A stretch of 64,000 nucleotides of DNA from an uncultured Pseudobdellovibrionaceae bacterium. Lineage in GTDB: Bacteria > Bdellovibrionota > Bdellovibrionia > Bdellovibrionales > UBA1609. The stretch's first letter is position 1, and every line of letters starts with the position of its first letter. Of the stretch, positions 19,302 through 29,283 are shown in pieces. The notes under the pieces were generated by a model. It saw nothing but the letters and a program-made list of their open reading frames with translations, ran no database searches and had not been told where the DNA came from. Position numbers and translations under genes: made by a program. The stretch spans positions 256,001 to 320,000 of the forward strand of contig CAWDNU010000001.1 in assembly GCA_963803705.1 (NCBI GenBank), in the 5' to 3' direction.

Positions 19302-19523
19302 AAATAATCAATTGATAAAATGCGATACAGTTTTTATCTAGACCGTAGCTGCCGATATCAGACTGAGCAATAGAACGACTATCAATTATTGTCATAAAGG
19401 CACATCTACCAAAGTGTTTAGATGCTTGGTTTTCAATAAAGCACTTCCTTGTTTAATAAGGAACTAACTCTTCATTTTCTTATGTTCTATTGCTAGAATA
19501 AATTAAATTTCGCTGGAGAGACA

Positions 19524-19943
19524 ATGGGTATTGTTAAAGAATTTAGGGAATTCGCAGTCAAAGGCAACGTTGTTGACATGGCCGTGGGAATTATTATTGG
19601 TGCCTCGTTTGGTGCCATTGTCAAAAGCTTGGTTGACGGAATTATAATGCCACCGATCGGAATGCTAGTCGGAAATTCGGGTTTCGAAGAACTTTTTTAT
19701 GACCTTTCTGGTAAGGGGTTTTCGACCTTAGCCGAAGCCTCTGCTTCAGGAGCCCCGGTTCTTAAGTACGGATTATTTATTCAATCTGTTGTTGATTTTC
19801 TAATTGTAGCAGTTGCTATCTTTATAATGGTTAAAGCAATAAACTCTGCTAAAAGAAAAGAGCAAGTGGCGCCCACCAGACCCGCTCCAACCCCCGAAGA
19901 TATTCTACTTTTGAGAGAAATTCGCGATTCACTTAGAAAATAG
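19524..19943 (+). CDS. mscL: Large-conductance mechanosensitive channel
   Basis: EFREFAVKGNVVDMAVGIIIG, LLREIRD. Confidence 0.97.
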   Translation: MGIVKEFREFAVKGNVVDMAVGIIIGASFGAIVKSLVDGIIMPPIGMLVGNSGFEELFYDLSGKGFSTLAEASASGAPVLKYGLFIQSVVDFLIVAVAIFIMVKAINSAKRKEQVAPTRPAPTPEDILLLREIRDSLRK

Positions 19944-19965
19944 GTCACAAAAAGGTATATAAGAT

Positions 19966-20925
19966 ATGAAAGTAGGAGTTTTAACAAGTGGTGGCGACGC
20001 GCCTGGGATGAACGCTGCCATAAGATCTTGTGTTAGATCTCTTATTTATTTTGGGCATCAACCCATCGGCATAAAACGTGGTTTTCAAGGCCTTGTTGAT
20101 AAAGATTTTACCGAAATGAACTTGCGTTCGGTGGCTAACATTATCCATCGCGGTGGAACTGTTTTAAAAACCTCAAGATTTGAAGATTTCAAAAAAAAAG
20201 AAATAAGAAATTTAGCATTCAAAAACTTGCAAGACCATCAGATCAAAAAATTAATAGTGATAGGTGGTAATGGCAGTTATATGGGCGCCAAGACACTTTA
20301 TGATGAGTTTGAGTTTGTTTCTTGTGGTATCCCAGGAACCATTGATAACGATATTGATAATACCGATGAAACTATTGGCTTTGATACCGCTTTGAACACA
20401 GCTATCGAAGCGATAGATCGAATTAGAGATACTGCTAATTCCCATGAAAGATTATTTGTAGTGGAGGTTATGGGTAGAGATAATCCGGATTTGCCATTAG
20501 CCATTGCACTTGCTTGTGGTGCAGAATTTCCGCTGATCTTCAAATCGGAAAAATCAATTGATGAGACTCATAAAAAAATTAAAGAAGGATTAAGCAAAGG
20601 TAAAAAATCTAGCATCATTATCGTGGCCGAGAACGATCATAACGCTATAGAAAAACTTAAAGTGTCTTTAAAAAATGAAGATCTAGACTACAGAGTTTCA
20701 GTTTTAGGCCATATGCAAAGAGGGGGTGCACCTAGTGCAAAAGACCGAATTCTAGCCTCTCATATGGGTTTCGCAGCTTCGCAAGCTATTGGTAGCATGG
20801 CTACGCTAAGCTTTGTTTCAAAGTTGAAAGGTGATATCGTGATTAGCAAGCATGATGCGAAATTTAGTGCGGACACTTCAATAGTCGAAAAGAGCTTGAA
20901 GTTAATTGAAGTCCTGTCTAAGTAG
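19966..20925 (+). CDS. pfkA: ATP-dependent 6-phosphofructokinase
   Basis: TSGGDAPGMNAAIR, PGTIDNDI, VEVMGR, LGHMQRGG. Confidence 0.96.
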   Translation: MKVGVLTSGGDAPGMNAAIRSCVRSLIYFGHQPIGIKRGFQGLVDKDFTEMNLRSVANIIHRGGTVLKTSRFEDFKKKEIRNLAFKNLQDHQIKKLIVIGGNGSYMGAKTLYDEFEFVSCGIPGTIDNDIDNTDETIGFDTALNTAIEAIDRIRDTANSHERLFVVEVMGRDNPDLPLAIALACGAEFPLIFKSEKSIDETHKKIKEGLSKGKKSSIIIVAENDHNAIEKLKVSLKNEDLDYRVSVLGHMQRGGAPSAKDRILASHMGFAASQAIGSMATLSFVSKLKGDIVISKHDAKFSADTSIVEKSLKLIEVLSK

Positions 20926-21466
20926 GTTTTTTAAATGAAACTAGAGACGCACTTGTTTCGACGTTGTTGCCCTCGCTGACAAAAATCCGATCAATAACGC
21001 AGTCATTGGCAGCGCGCATCTCATTTTCCATTTTCATAGCTTCCATAATTAGTAGGGGTTCATCAGCTTTTACATTTTGACCCTCTTTTACAAAAATTTT
21101 GACAATTTTGCCCGGCATTCCAGCTTTTAAGTTATTTTGTCCACCTATCGCACCTCCACCACGTATTGATTCACGCAGTAAGATTTCGTCATTAACAATA
21201 GAAACGTTTCTGTAAGAGCCCCTAGAATAGACCTCGTAGTCAGTTCCGTACTTAACAATATCCACTAAATAAGAAGAGTCTTTAAAAAGCAGACTGATGT
21301 TTCCATCGTTGGCTACGGTAAAATTCTTTTTTGGAATCAAATACTCTTTCCATGTTTCTTCCTGATTACTTTCATCGACGATTAAAATTTTGATAAGCCA
21401 ATCTGAACGTTTATCATCAACTGTGACTCTGTAGGCTGTCTGATTTACCTTAGCTTCAAAATACAT
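20918..21466 (-). CDS. Biotin carboxyl carrier subunit of acyl-CoA carboxylase
   Basis: EAMKMENE biotinylation motif; MPGKIVKI. Confidence 0.92.
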   Translation of the reverse strand: MYFEAKVNQTAYRVTVDDKRSDWLIKILIVDESNQEETWKEYLIPKKNFTVANDGNISLLFKDSSYLVDIVKYGTDYEVYSRGSYRNVSIVNDEILLRESIRGGGAIGGQNNLKAGMPGKIVKIFVKEGQNVKADEPLLIMEAMKMENEMRAANDCVIDRIFVSEGNNVETSASLVSFKKPT

Positions 21467-22969
21467 TTAATACCTCATCATGCTTTTCTGGCGCGAACTA
21501 ATACGCCATTTTTTACCCTGTTTGAAATCAATCACTCTGCGACCTTGATTTTCTTTGTAAGCATTAATTGCAGCAGATATTAAAAAGACTTCGTCATCTA
21601 CATATTTAAAAAATGTTTTTGAGTCAGAAATAGCTAATTCTTTATCAACAAATTGGGTTGTATATGTACCACTTAAAAACTTTTCATGATCCAGAATGTT
21701 TTTTAATAAAATTACGTTTGTCTTTATACCGGCAACTGCAAATTCGGCCAGTGCTCGTTTCAAACGTGCTATACAGACGTTTCTGTCAGGGCCCCAGACG
21801 ATAAGTTTTCCTATCATAGGATCGTAATAAATTGGGACGTTACAACCGCTATATATATAAGAGTCAAATCTTACAAAAGGTCCCTGGGGTACTCGGCACC
21901 TAACTATTCGGCCGGCGCTAGGTAGGAAAGTCACTGGGTCTTCTGCGCAAATACGAAGTTCAATTGCGTGACCAGTTTGCTTAATTTCTTCTTGTTTAAA
22001 AGAAAAAGGTTGGCCTGCAGCTACCAAAATTTGTTCTTTTACTAAATCTACTCCGGTGACACCTTCTGTAACTGGGTGTTCGACTTGAAGCCTGGTGTTC
22101 ATTTCCATAAAAAAAAATTCTTTTGAATTGTTATCAAAAATAAATTCTACAGTGCCCGCTCCGATATAGTTGATAGACTTTCCAGCAGCGACTGCAACTT
22201 GGCCCATCTTTTCACGAATTTCATCTGATACAGATACGCTTGGTGACTCTTCTATTACTTTTTGATGGCGACGCTGCACAGAACATTCTCTATCATAAAG
22301 GTGAACAACATTGCCGTGCGAGTCACCAAAAATTTGAATCTCTATATGCTTTGGGTTTTGGATAAAACGCTCTATAAAAACAGTGTCGTCGTTGAAATAG
22401 TTTCTGCCCTCGGATTGGCAGGCATTAAAGGCATTCTTTAAATTTTTGGGATCCAGGACAACGCGGATGCCTTTTCCACCACCTCCGGCAGAGGCTTTAA
22501 TCATCACAGGATAGCCGATCGCTTTAGCTACCTCGACTGCTTCTTCGGCATTCGCTACTGCTCCCGGACTGCCAGGAACAACTGGAACGCCAACCTTTTC
22601 CATAAGGTTTCTGGAAGAAATTTTATCCCCCATCGCTTGAATATTTTTGACTGTTGCGCCAATGAACGTAACGTTGTTATCTTTTAGTGCCTGGGCAAAA
22701 TTTGCAGACTCGCTTAGGAATCCATATCCAGGATGTACGGCTTCGGCATTAGATTTTTTGACCACTTCTATAATCTTATCAATCCGCAAATAAGACTCGG
22801 TAGATGGTGCCGGCCCAATTTCGTAGGCTTCATCAGCAAACAACACGTGTTGGCTGTCTCGGTCTGCTTCGCTGTAGACAGCCACGGTTTCGATACCCAT
22901 TTCTCTGCACGCTCTTATTATGCGAATAGCAATTTCACCGCGATTTGCGATTAGAATTTTTTTGAACAT
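21467..22969 (-). CDS. accC: Biotin carboxylase subunit
   Basis: ANRGEIA, HPGYGFLSE, GGGGKG, RECSVQRRHQK, EMNTRLQVEH. Confidence 0.95.
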   Translation of the reverse strand: MFKKILIANRGEIAIRIIRACREMGIETVAVYSEADRDSQHVLFADEAYEIGPAPSTESYLRIDKIIEVVKKSNAEAVHPGYGFLSESANFAQALKDNNVTFIGATVKNIQAMGDKISSRNLMEKVGVPVVPGSPGAVANAEEAVEVAKAIGYPVMIKASAGGGGKGIRVVLDPKNLKNAFNACQSEGRNYFNDDTVFIERFIQNPKHIEIQIFGDSHGNVVHLYDRECSVQRRHQKVIEESPSVSVSDEIREKMGQVAVAAGKSINYIGAGTVEFIFDNNSKEFFFMEMNTRLQVEHPVTEGVTGVDLVKEQILVAAGQPFSFKQEEIKQTGHAIELRICAEDPVTFLPSAGRIVRCRVPQGPFVRFDSYIYSGCNVPIYYDPMIGKLIVWGPDRNVCIARLKRALAEFAVAGIKTNVILLKNILDHEKFLSGTYTTQFVDKELAISDSKTFFKYVDDEVFLISAAINAYKENQGRRVIDFKQGKKWRISSRQKSMMRY

Positions 22970-23017
22970 TATTTCTTCCCTTCAAATCAAAATTTTTTAT
23001 TTACAATTGTTTCTTGA

Positions 23018-24568
23018 TTATAATGGTATGCTTCCATGTTTTTTGCTTGGATTAATTTGGGTTTTATTAATTAACATTTCTAAAGAATCAATTAAACGAA
23101 CTCTAGTTTCAGAGGGCATAATCACTTCATCGATATAACCTAGCTCTGCTGCAACATAGGGATTGTTAAATTTTTCTTCATAGTTATTCATAATCTCTTT
23201 TTTGGTTTCTTCAGGCTTACTAGAGGTGGCAATATCTTTTCTAAATATAATATTAACGGCTCCTTCAGCGCCCATCACCGCGATCTCGGCGTTTGGATAG
23301 GCTAGATTAATATCCGCTCCGATATGTTTTGAAGCCATCACTATGTAAGCACCGCCATATGCCTTACGTGTTATCACGGTTATCTTTGGAACAGTGGCTT
23401 CGGAATACGCGTAAACCAATTTAGCTCCATGACTTATAATACCAGCCCATTCTTGGTCAGTGCCAGGCAAAAAACCTGGGACGTCCACAAAAGAAACAAC
23501 TGGGATATTGAAAGAGTCGCAGAAACGAATAAACCTGGCAGCTTTTCTGCTAGCCTCAATGTTTAAGCAACCGGCTAAATGATTTGGTTGATTTGCAACT
23601 ATACCCACGCTCCTACCGTTTAACCTACCGAAACCAACAAGAATATTTTCTGCATAATGAGGTTGAACTTCAAAAAAATAATTATCATCTAATACTTTAC
23701 GCACTAGTTCTTTCATGTCGTAAGGTTTTTTAGAATTTTCGGGAACCAAAGTATCCATTGAAGGATCGATACGGTCTGCTCTATCCTGGGTAAGAGCTCT
23801 TGGGGCATCATCCATATTGTTGCTTGGAATAAAGCTTATGAGTTCACGAATTAGCAGTAAAAGATGTTTATCGTTTTCAGCGGCAAAATGTGCAACTCCA
23901 GATTTAACATTGTGAGTCTGCGCTCCACCAAGCTCTTCTTTTGTGACCTCTTCATGCGTAACTGTTTTGATGACATCAGGACCAGTCACAAACATGTAGC
24001 TTGAATCTTTTACCATAAAGATAAAGTCTGTAAGAGCAGGGCTATAAACTGCTCCGCCAGCACATGGTCCCATGATAGCAGAAATTTGTGGGACAACACC
24101 GGAGTACTTTGTGTTTCTTAAAAAGATGTCTCCGTAACCGCCAAGGGCTTCGACTCCCTCTTGAATACGAGCTCCTCCAGAGTCGTTTATACCAATTACC
24201 GGTGCTCCATTTTGTGAAGCTAGATCCATAATTTTGCAGATTTTGTTGGCTGTGGTTCTGCTCATGCTTCCGCCATAAACCGTGAAGTCTTGAGAGTAGA
24301 CGTATACCAAACGCCCACTAATTCTTCCATAGCCAGTCACAATTCCGTCACCAGGAGTGTGGTTTTGATCCATTCCAAAATTTGTGCACTTATGGGTCAC
24401 AAAACGGTCGAGTTCTACGAAAGAGGCAGGATCAAGAAGAACATCAAGACGTTCTCTTGCAGTTAACCGACCACCCTTTTTGTGTTTAGATAACTTTTCT
24501 TGACCACCACCGTTGTAAGCTTCGGTATTCCGCTCATCTAAATTTTTAAATAAGTCTTGTGTTTCCAT
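23018..24568 (-). CDS. pccB: Acyl (propionyl)-CoA carboxylase carboxyltransferase beta subunit
   Basis: [39 protein letters not shown]; start at 24568 after an AAGGGG RBS. Confidence 0.92.
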   Translation of the reverse strand: METQDLFKNLDERNTEAYNGGGQEKLSKHKKGGRLTARERLDVLLDPASFVELDRFVTHKCTNFGMDQNHTPGDGIVTGYGRISGRLVYVYSQDFTVYGGSMSRTTANKICKIMDLASQNGAPVIGINDSGGARIQEGVEALGGYGDIFLRNTKYSGVVPQISAIMGPCAGGAVYSPALTDFIFMVKDSSYMFVTGPDVIKTVTHEEVTKEELGGAQTHNVKSGVAHFAAENDKHLLLLIRELISFIPSNNMDDAPRALTQDRADRIDPSMDTLVPENSKKPYDMKELVRKVLDDNYFFEVQPHYAENILVGFGRLNGRSVGIVANQPNHLAGCLNIEASRKAARFIRFCDSFNIPVVSFVDVPGFLPGTDQEWAGIISHGAKLVYAYSEATVPKITVITRKAYGGAYIVMASKHIGADINLAYPNAEIAVMGAEGAVNIIFRKDIATSSKPEETKKEIMNNYEEKFNNPYVAAELGYIDEVIMPSETRVRLIDSLEMLINKTQINPSKKHGSIPL

Positions 24569-24645
24569 GCGCCCCTTTCGATATTCAGAATTAAATTTTA
24601 CAATAGAATCAATGGCCATCAAGTGCTAAATATATTAATAAAATA

Positions 24646-25941
24646 CTAAGGATATTTTCTTCCGTATAACCTTGGAAATGGAATACTTTCCCTAACGTGA
24701 GGAATTCCACAAATCCAAGCTACACACCTTTCTATACCCATACCGAAGCCGGAATGAGGAACAGACCCATACTTACGAAGATCTAAGTACCAGGCGAAAT
24801 CTTCAGGGTTTAAATTATGATCTTTTATCTTCTGTAAAAGGTTCTCATAGCTGTCCTCACGTTGGCCACCACCAATAAGTTCACCGTAACCTTCAGTTGC
24901 AAGTAAATCACAACTTAGCGATTGCTCTTTGTTATCTGGATCCTCTTTCATATAAAAAGCTTTAATAGCCTTAGGATAATTGTGCACGAACACTGGTTGA
25001 TCAAATTTTGAGCTTACAATTGTCTCATCTGTGCCCCCAAAATCATCACCAATTATAAATTCGGGATTTTCTTTTTTAATCATGCTTGCTGCTTCATTGT
25101 AATGGATTCTAGGGAAAGGCGCTTTGATGACTTCAAGCTTATTTATATCCCGCTCTAAAATATTTAGTTCGTCTTTTCTATTTTTAATCGTTCTTTGAAC
25201 AACATATTCTACAAACTCTTCAGCAAGTTCCATGTTGTCAGCTAAATTTGCAAAGGCTACTTCGGGCTCGACCATCCAGAATTCAATAAGGTGTCTACGT
25301 GTCTTAGACTTTTCAGCTCTGAATGTGGGGCCAAAGCAATAGACCTTGCCAAGCGCCATCGCAGTGGCTTCAGAATATAATTGGCCTGATTGTGATAAAT
25401 AAACTTTGTCATCGAAGTAATTGGTCTCGAACAAGGTGGAAGTACCCTCGCATGCATTTGGTGTGAAAATTGGCGCATCTGCCAAAATGAAACCTCTGTC
25501 ATCGAAAAAGCTTCGCACGGCATTTATGATTTCAGAACGAATGCGCAAAATTGCAACCTGTTTTCTTGAACGCAACCAAAGGTGTCGATTGTTCATTAAA
25601 AAATCAGTTCCATGCTCTTTAGGAGTTATCGGAAAATCTATAGACGGGGATATTATCTTGTAACTCTCTGCTGTGAGTTCAAAGCCACCTGGGCTTCTAG
25701 CCTCTTCTTTAACAACACCGAGCACTTCAACAGCTGTTTCCTGGGTCAAATCTTTGAAATTTTCAAAACCCTGGCTATCACATTCACCTTTGGCGAATAT
25801 GCACTGACACAGACCTGTTCCATCTCTTAAAACCAGAAATTTAATTTTGCCTGATGGGCGAGTGCGAGTGACCCAGCCTTTCAAAGATACCTTTTGGCTA
25901 ACCCTATCTTTTAGGTCCTCAATATATAAAAAATTTTTCAT
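24646..25941 (-). CDS. asnS: Asparagine--tRNA ligase
   Basis: LRDGTG, LSQSGQLY, FRAEKSKTRRHLIEFWMVEPE, GGGQRE, PHSGFGMGIER. Confidence 0.97.
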   Translation of the reverse strand: MKNFLYIEDLKDRVSQKVSLKGWVTRTRPSGKIKFLVLRDGTGLCQCIFAKGECDSQGFENFKDLTQETAVEVLGVVKEEARSPGGFELTAESYKIISPSIDFPITPKEHGTDFLMNNRHLWLRSRKQVAILRIRSEIINAVRSFFDDRGFILADAPIFTPNACEGTSTLFETNYFDDKVYLSQSGQLYSEATAMALGKVYCFGPTFRAEKSKTRRHLIEFWMVEPEVAFANLADNMELAEEFVEYVVQRTIKNRKDELNILERDINKLEVIKAPFPRIHYNEAASMIKKENPEFIIGDDFGGTDETIVSSKFDQPVFVHNYPKAIKAFYMKEDPDNKEQSLSCDLLATEGYGELIGGGQREDSYENLLQKIKDHNLNPEDFAWYLDLRKYGSVPHSGFGMGIERCVAWICGIPHVRESIPFPRLYGRKYP

Positions 25942-26162
25942 ACAAAACTTATATAACACAAACTTAACTTTGGCCTGATTTTTGGTTGAAAATGACAGAA
26001 AAGGTCAAAGAGCTAAACCACCAACTAGCTTTTCAGGCCGCAGACTAAGACTTAGGTTGATTAAAATAACTAATTTTCTATTGATACCTAGTGAGGGATT
26101 CTGATCTGGAAACAGATCAAATCGTGATAATTCATAAAGCAAAGATTGCTTGCTCTAAAAAC

Positions 26163-26203
26163 AAATAGGCCAACTCCAATATTTAGCGAAGTTGGCCTAT
26201 TTT
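26163..26203. terminator. Hairpin terminator downstream of the 26221-26655 gene, possibly bidirectional
   Basis: AAATAGGCCAACT / AGTTGGCCTATTT 13-bp inverted repeat. Confidence 0.75.
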
Positions 26204-26220
26204 AAACTATTACTATAAGA

Positions 26221-26655
26221 CTATCTGCAAGAAGGCACAGTAACGCTGTAACTTCTAATTAAGTCGTTGCTTCCATCAGAAGACTGTCTGTACTCTTTAA
26301 CGTTAAGAGTTGAAGACTGGTTTAAAGCTACATTTTTGTAACCAATAATCATTGAATCATCACTGCCTGACTCGTAAACTGGAACCTGTCTAACAGATTT
26401 TGCAGGTTGAACTGCATCAACTGAAGCATACTGACGGCAATCACCACGATCGTCAGAAGAATTGCTATCATACTTCACACATTTTTTTACAGTTGCATGA
26501 AATGCTGAACCATCGAAACACAATGATTTGCTGTAAACAGCACTCACAAACGCACTTTCTTTTTGGAAAAGTATTTTGTCTCCTGTTATCATTGAAGATG
26601 CGAATGCAGTTGATGAGAAAGCTAACACTACCAAAGTTCCTATAATTTTTTTCAT
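26221..26655 (-). CDS. Hypothetical secreted Cys-containing protein (paralogue A)
   Basis: Signal peptide ending AFA, AGGGG RBS; shares motifs with 27103-27537. Confidence 0.85.
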   Translation of the reverse strand: MKKIIGTLVVLAFSSTAFASSMITGDKILFQKESAFVSAVYSKSLCFDGSAFHATVKKCVKYDSNSSDDRGDCRQYASVDAVQPAKSVRQVPVYESGSDDSMIIGYKNVALNQSSTLNVKEYRQSSDGSNDLIRSYSVTVPSCR

Positions 26656-27102
26656 TTTATCCCCTTATTTGGATTGTTGTTATAATTTTTATTACTACTT
26701 ACTTTATCCCTTTCAAAAAACGCAGATGCTTTAAAACTAGCCAGGCAACTGCATTTAACGTGCTGCAAGTGTCTCGAACGAATTTATCAAAGTCAAAAAA
26801 TTATTTTTCACGTGCTTGCAGCAAAAGTCATCGCGTATGTCTTGACGCCTTCAAACGGAACTTGCCCTACTTAGAAGCTTCACGGTGCGATAAAGTTACG
26901 CTTAATGTGAAATAATGATTACGCAAGATGAGATAAAAAAGAAATAGATGCTTAAAATACGACCTAAAAAATAAAGAAAAAATTCCTAATAAAACTGAGC
27001 ATAAGTTTAAGCTGTGCAGAAAAAAAAATGCATTAGGTCAAAAAGCTTAGCAAAATTTAAAATTTCATGTCTATAATCTAAGCTACTTGCTGGGGAGGGG
27101 TT

Positions 27103-27537
27103 TTGCGCTTATCGATGTTTTACCTTTATTTGATCTGTTGTATTTTTGTGGGCCCCAGCAATGTATACGCAGGAGAGTTTACTAACTTTGGAAAAATGCT
27201 TTTTCAAAAAGCCGACACATGGGTAGATGCCAATGACATCTGTTACAGCGATCAGAATTATTATCATATAAACAAGGAATATATTGAAAAGGTTAGATGT
27301 AGTGGGTCTGATGATTCTAACTGCGAAGTTTGGAAGCTTATTCCGTTGGTCCAACCTTCTAAAACTGCCAAGTTCTTCTGTGCGGCTAAAACTGAAGGTG
27401 GTTGCACAAGCACTCCTGCTAACAGCTTAACTAACATTCCTTACTTACGGTACGACGTGTACAGGAATAGAAAGTCATTTGCGGCAAATGAGCGGCCTGT
27501 AAGGTCTGGATGGTATTTGGTGCCCAGTTGCAACTAG
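27103..27537 (+). CDS. Hypothetical secreted Cys-rich protein (paralogue B)
   Basis: GGGGAGG RBS before TTG; signal peptide ending VYA; shares KxLFQK, C..SDD..C, VQPxK and terminal VPSC with 26221-26655. Confidence 0.8.
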   Translation: MRLSMFYLYLICCIFVGPSNVYAGEFTNFGKMLFQKADTWVDANDICYSDQNYYHINKEYIEKVRCSGSDDSNCEVWKLIPLVQPSKTAKFFCAAKTEGGCTSTPANSLTNIPYLRYDVYRNRKSFAANERPVRSGWYLVPSCN

Positions 27538-27547
27538 GAACTAAAAT

Positions 27548-28381
27548 ATGAATTTAGAAAAAGAACCTAAGACTTCCTTGGACGTAACTTCAATTCAAGC
27601 CGAATTGAGTTCAGTTTTACAAGAGTTTCTTCGCTCGAAACCTAACGAGACTATCGGGTCATTGAGCAAAAGATGTTCAGTAAGTGAGGCCACCTTAAGG
27701 CGAGTTTATAGAAAAAAATTAAAGTCGGTGCCAACCACGTCAACTATTTTGGATTTGTTGAGCGTGCTTAGCGGAGCATCCTCAATACCGGAAATCATTC
27801 GTAATTATCCTGGCGTGCTGGCGGCATACCTAAGTTCAGCTTTACCAGATGCTCAGGTTTTAGGTGTCACTTATGATGTAAAGCTAAATGACGAATTAGA
27901 AAATTCAACTACCTATCTGATTTATAAGCTTTCTTCGAATAAGTCTGGGGTTACTTTAAAAAAAGTTCAAAAATTGTTCGGAGACTCTGGACTGGTGCTA
28001 TTAAAAGAGCTTGAGGCCAATGGTTTTATCACAGATTTTGAGCAAGGTATTTACAGAAGTACCAGTAAACATTTTCAACCAAATCAAAATTCTTTTGTTC
28101 GTAATTTTAAGGCAGTAGCAAGTTTTATAGAGGCCTCTAATCCTCGGTCTATCAATGGTCTAAACCTTATTAAGATCAACTATTCAGAGTCAGTCACAGA
28201 AAAAACTCTTAAAGAAATTGTAAAGATTCAAAGAAAAGCAAATGAAAAAATCAGGGACTTGCTGGCAAAATCTGACCCAGAAGGGGACATCCCAATTTTT
28301 GTTCTTGGAGCTATAGATACCCTAGATACAGAGTCGATAGATAGTTTGACTAGCAAAAAATCCCCAAGATTGAATCAGTAG
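27548..28381 (+). CDS. Putative DNA-binding protein (XRE-like HTH plus winged-helix-like region)
   Basis: TIGSLSKRCSVSEATLRRV HTH-like pattern; layout reminiscent of TIGR02147/DUF4423-type proteins. Confidence 0.65.
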   Translation: MNLEKEPKTSLDVTSIQAELSSVLQEFLRSKPNETIGSLSKRCSVSEATLRRVYRKKLKSVPTTSTILDLLSVLSGASSIPEIIRNYPGVLAAYLSSALPDAQVLGVTYDVKLNDELENSTTYLIYKLSSNKSGVTLKKVQKLFGDSGLVLLKELEANGFITDFEQGIYRSTSKHFQPNQNSFVRNFKAVASFIEASNPRSINGLNLIKINYSESVTEKTLKEIVKIQRKANEKIRDLLAKSDPEGDIPIFVLGAIDTLDTESIDSLTSKKSPRLNQ

Positions 28382-28387
28382 TAAAAT

Positions 28388-29206
28388 TTAATCTTCTAAA
28401 TCTTTAATAAAGTTTATCAAAAACTTTGAAAACTGACTTTCGACTTTGCCAGCTACATCCTGAACTTCTTTATGATTTAGTTTTTCGCCGGTGATACCTG
28501 CCGCCAAATTAGTAATACAACTAATGCCTGCCACCTTTAATCCAAAATGGTTTGCAGCTATGCACTCTGGAACAGTAGACATACCAACTGCTGATCCACC
28601 TATAGTTTTCAAGTATCTTATCTCGGCAGGAGTTTCGTATGTTGGCCCGGTAACCCCACAGTAAACACCCTCATGAAATCGAATTCCTAAATCTTCGAAA
28701 TGTTTGCGCATCTTAACTATTAATTTTGGATCGTAAGCATAAGTCATATCGGGAAATCTAGGTCCAAATTTTTCAATGTTTGGGCCTTTTAGTGGGTGAT
28801 CTCCGAACAGGTTGATATGGTCATTAATAATCATAAAGTCACCGGGCTTCATTATGTTTTGAATACCACCGGATGAGTTTGAAAGTACTAATGTCTGTAT
28901 TCCCAGCATGGCTAAGACTCGGGTTGGAAACACGACCTCTTCCATCGTGTAGCCCTCATAATAGTGAATGCGCCCCTGCAACGCAGCTACAGGCTTACCA
29001 CCAAGATGTCCTAGAACTAATTTGCCTGAGTGACCCTCTACAGTGGTTTGGGGAAAATCTGGAATTTCTGAAAAAAGTATTTCAGTTTCCACGTCGATAG
29101 TGCTGGCCATGGAATTAAGGCCAGATCCTAATGTTATACCCACTGATGGATTAACAGAAGATTTAGAGCGGATGAAATCAACAGCAGTCGAAATTTTAGA
29201 AATCAT
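28388..29206 (-). CDS. punA: Purine-nucleoside phosphorylase (trimeric PNP-I family)
   Basis: LGSGL, QGRIHYYEG, GPTYETPAE, VGMSTVPE, CITNLAAG. Confidence 0.93.
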   Translation of the reverse strand: MISKISTAVDFIRSKSSVNPSVGITLGSGLNSMASTIDVETEILFSEIPDFPQTTVEGHSGKLVLGHLGGKPVAALQGRIHYYEGYTMEEVVFPTRVLAMLGIQTLVLSNSSGGIQNIMKPGDFMIINDHINLFGDHPLKGPNIEKFGPRFPDMTYAYDPKLIVKMRKHFEDLGIRFHEGVYCGVTGPTYETPAEIRYLKTIGGSAVGMSTVPECIAANHFGLKVAGISCITNLAAGITGEKLNHKEVQDVAGKVESQFSKFLINFIKDLED

Positions 29207-29283
29207 AGTTTTAGTCCTTGTTATCTTAACTCAGCTAGCCCACTTCGTTTAGCTCTGCAATCTTACTTCAATATCTGAAAAGA

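Noticed and set aside
19198..19395. 65-aa minus-strand ORF, and tRNA-Ser as an integration site
   Set aside because: The ORF is antisense to the tRNA; I saw no integrase or duplicated tRNA 3' end
26740..26870. c-di-GMP-I riboswitch on the minus strand (GGGCAA...GTTGCC ends)
   Set aside because: The conserved GAAA-loop P2 and GACGCAAAG core are absent
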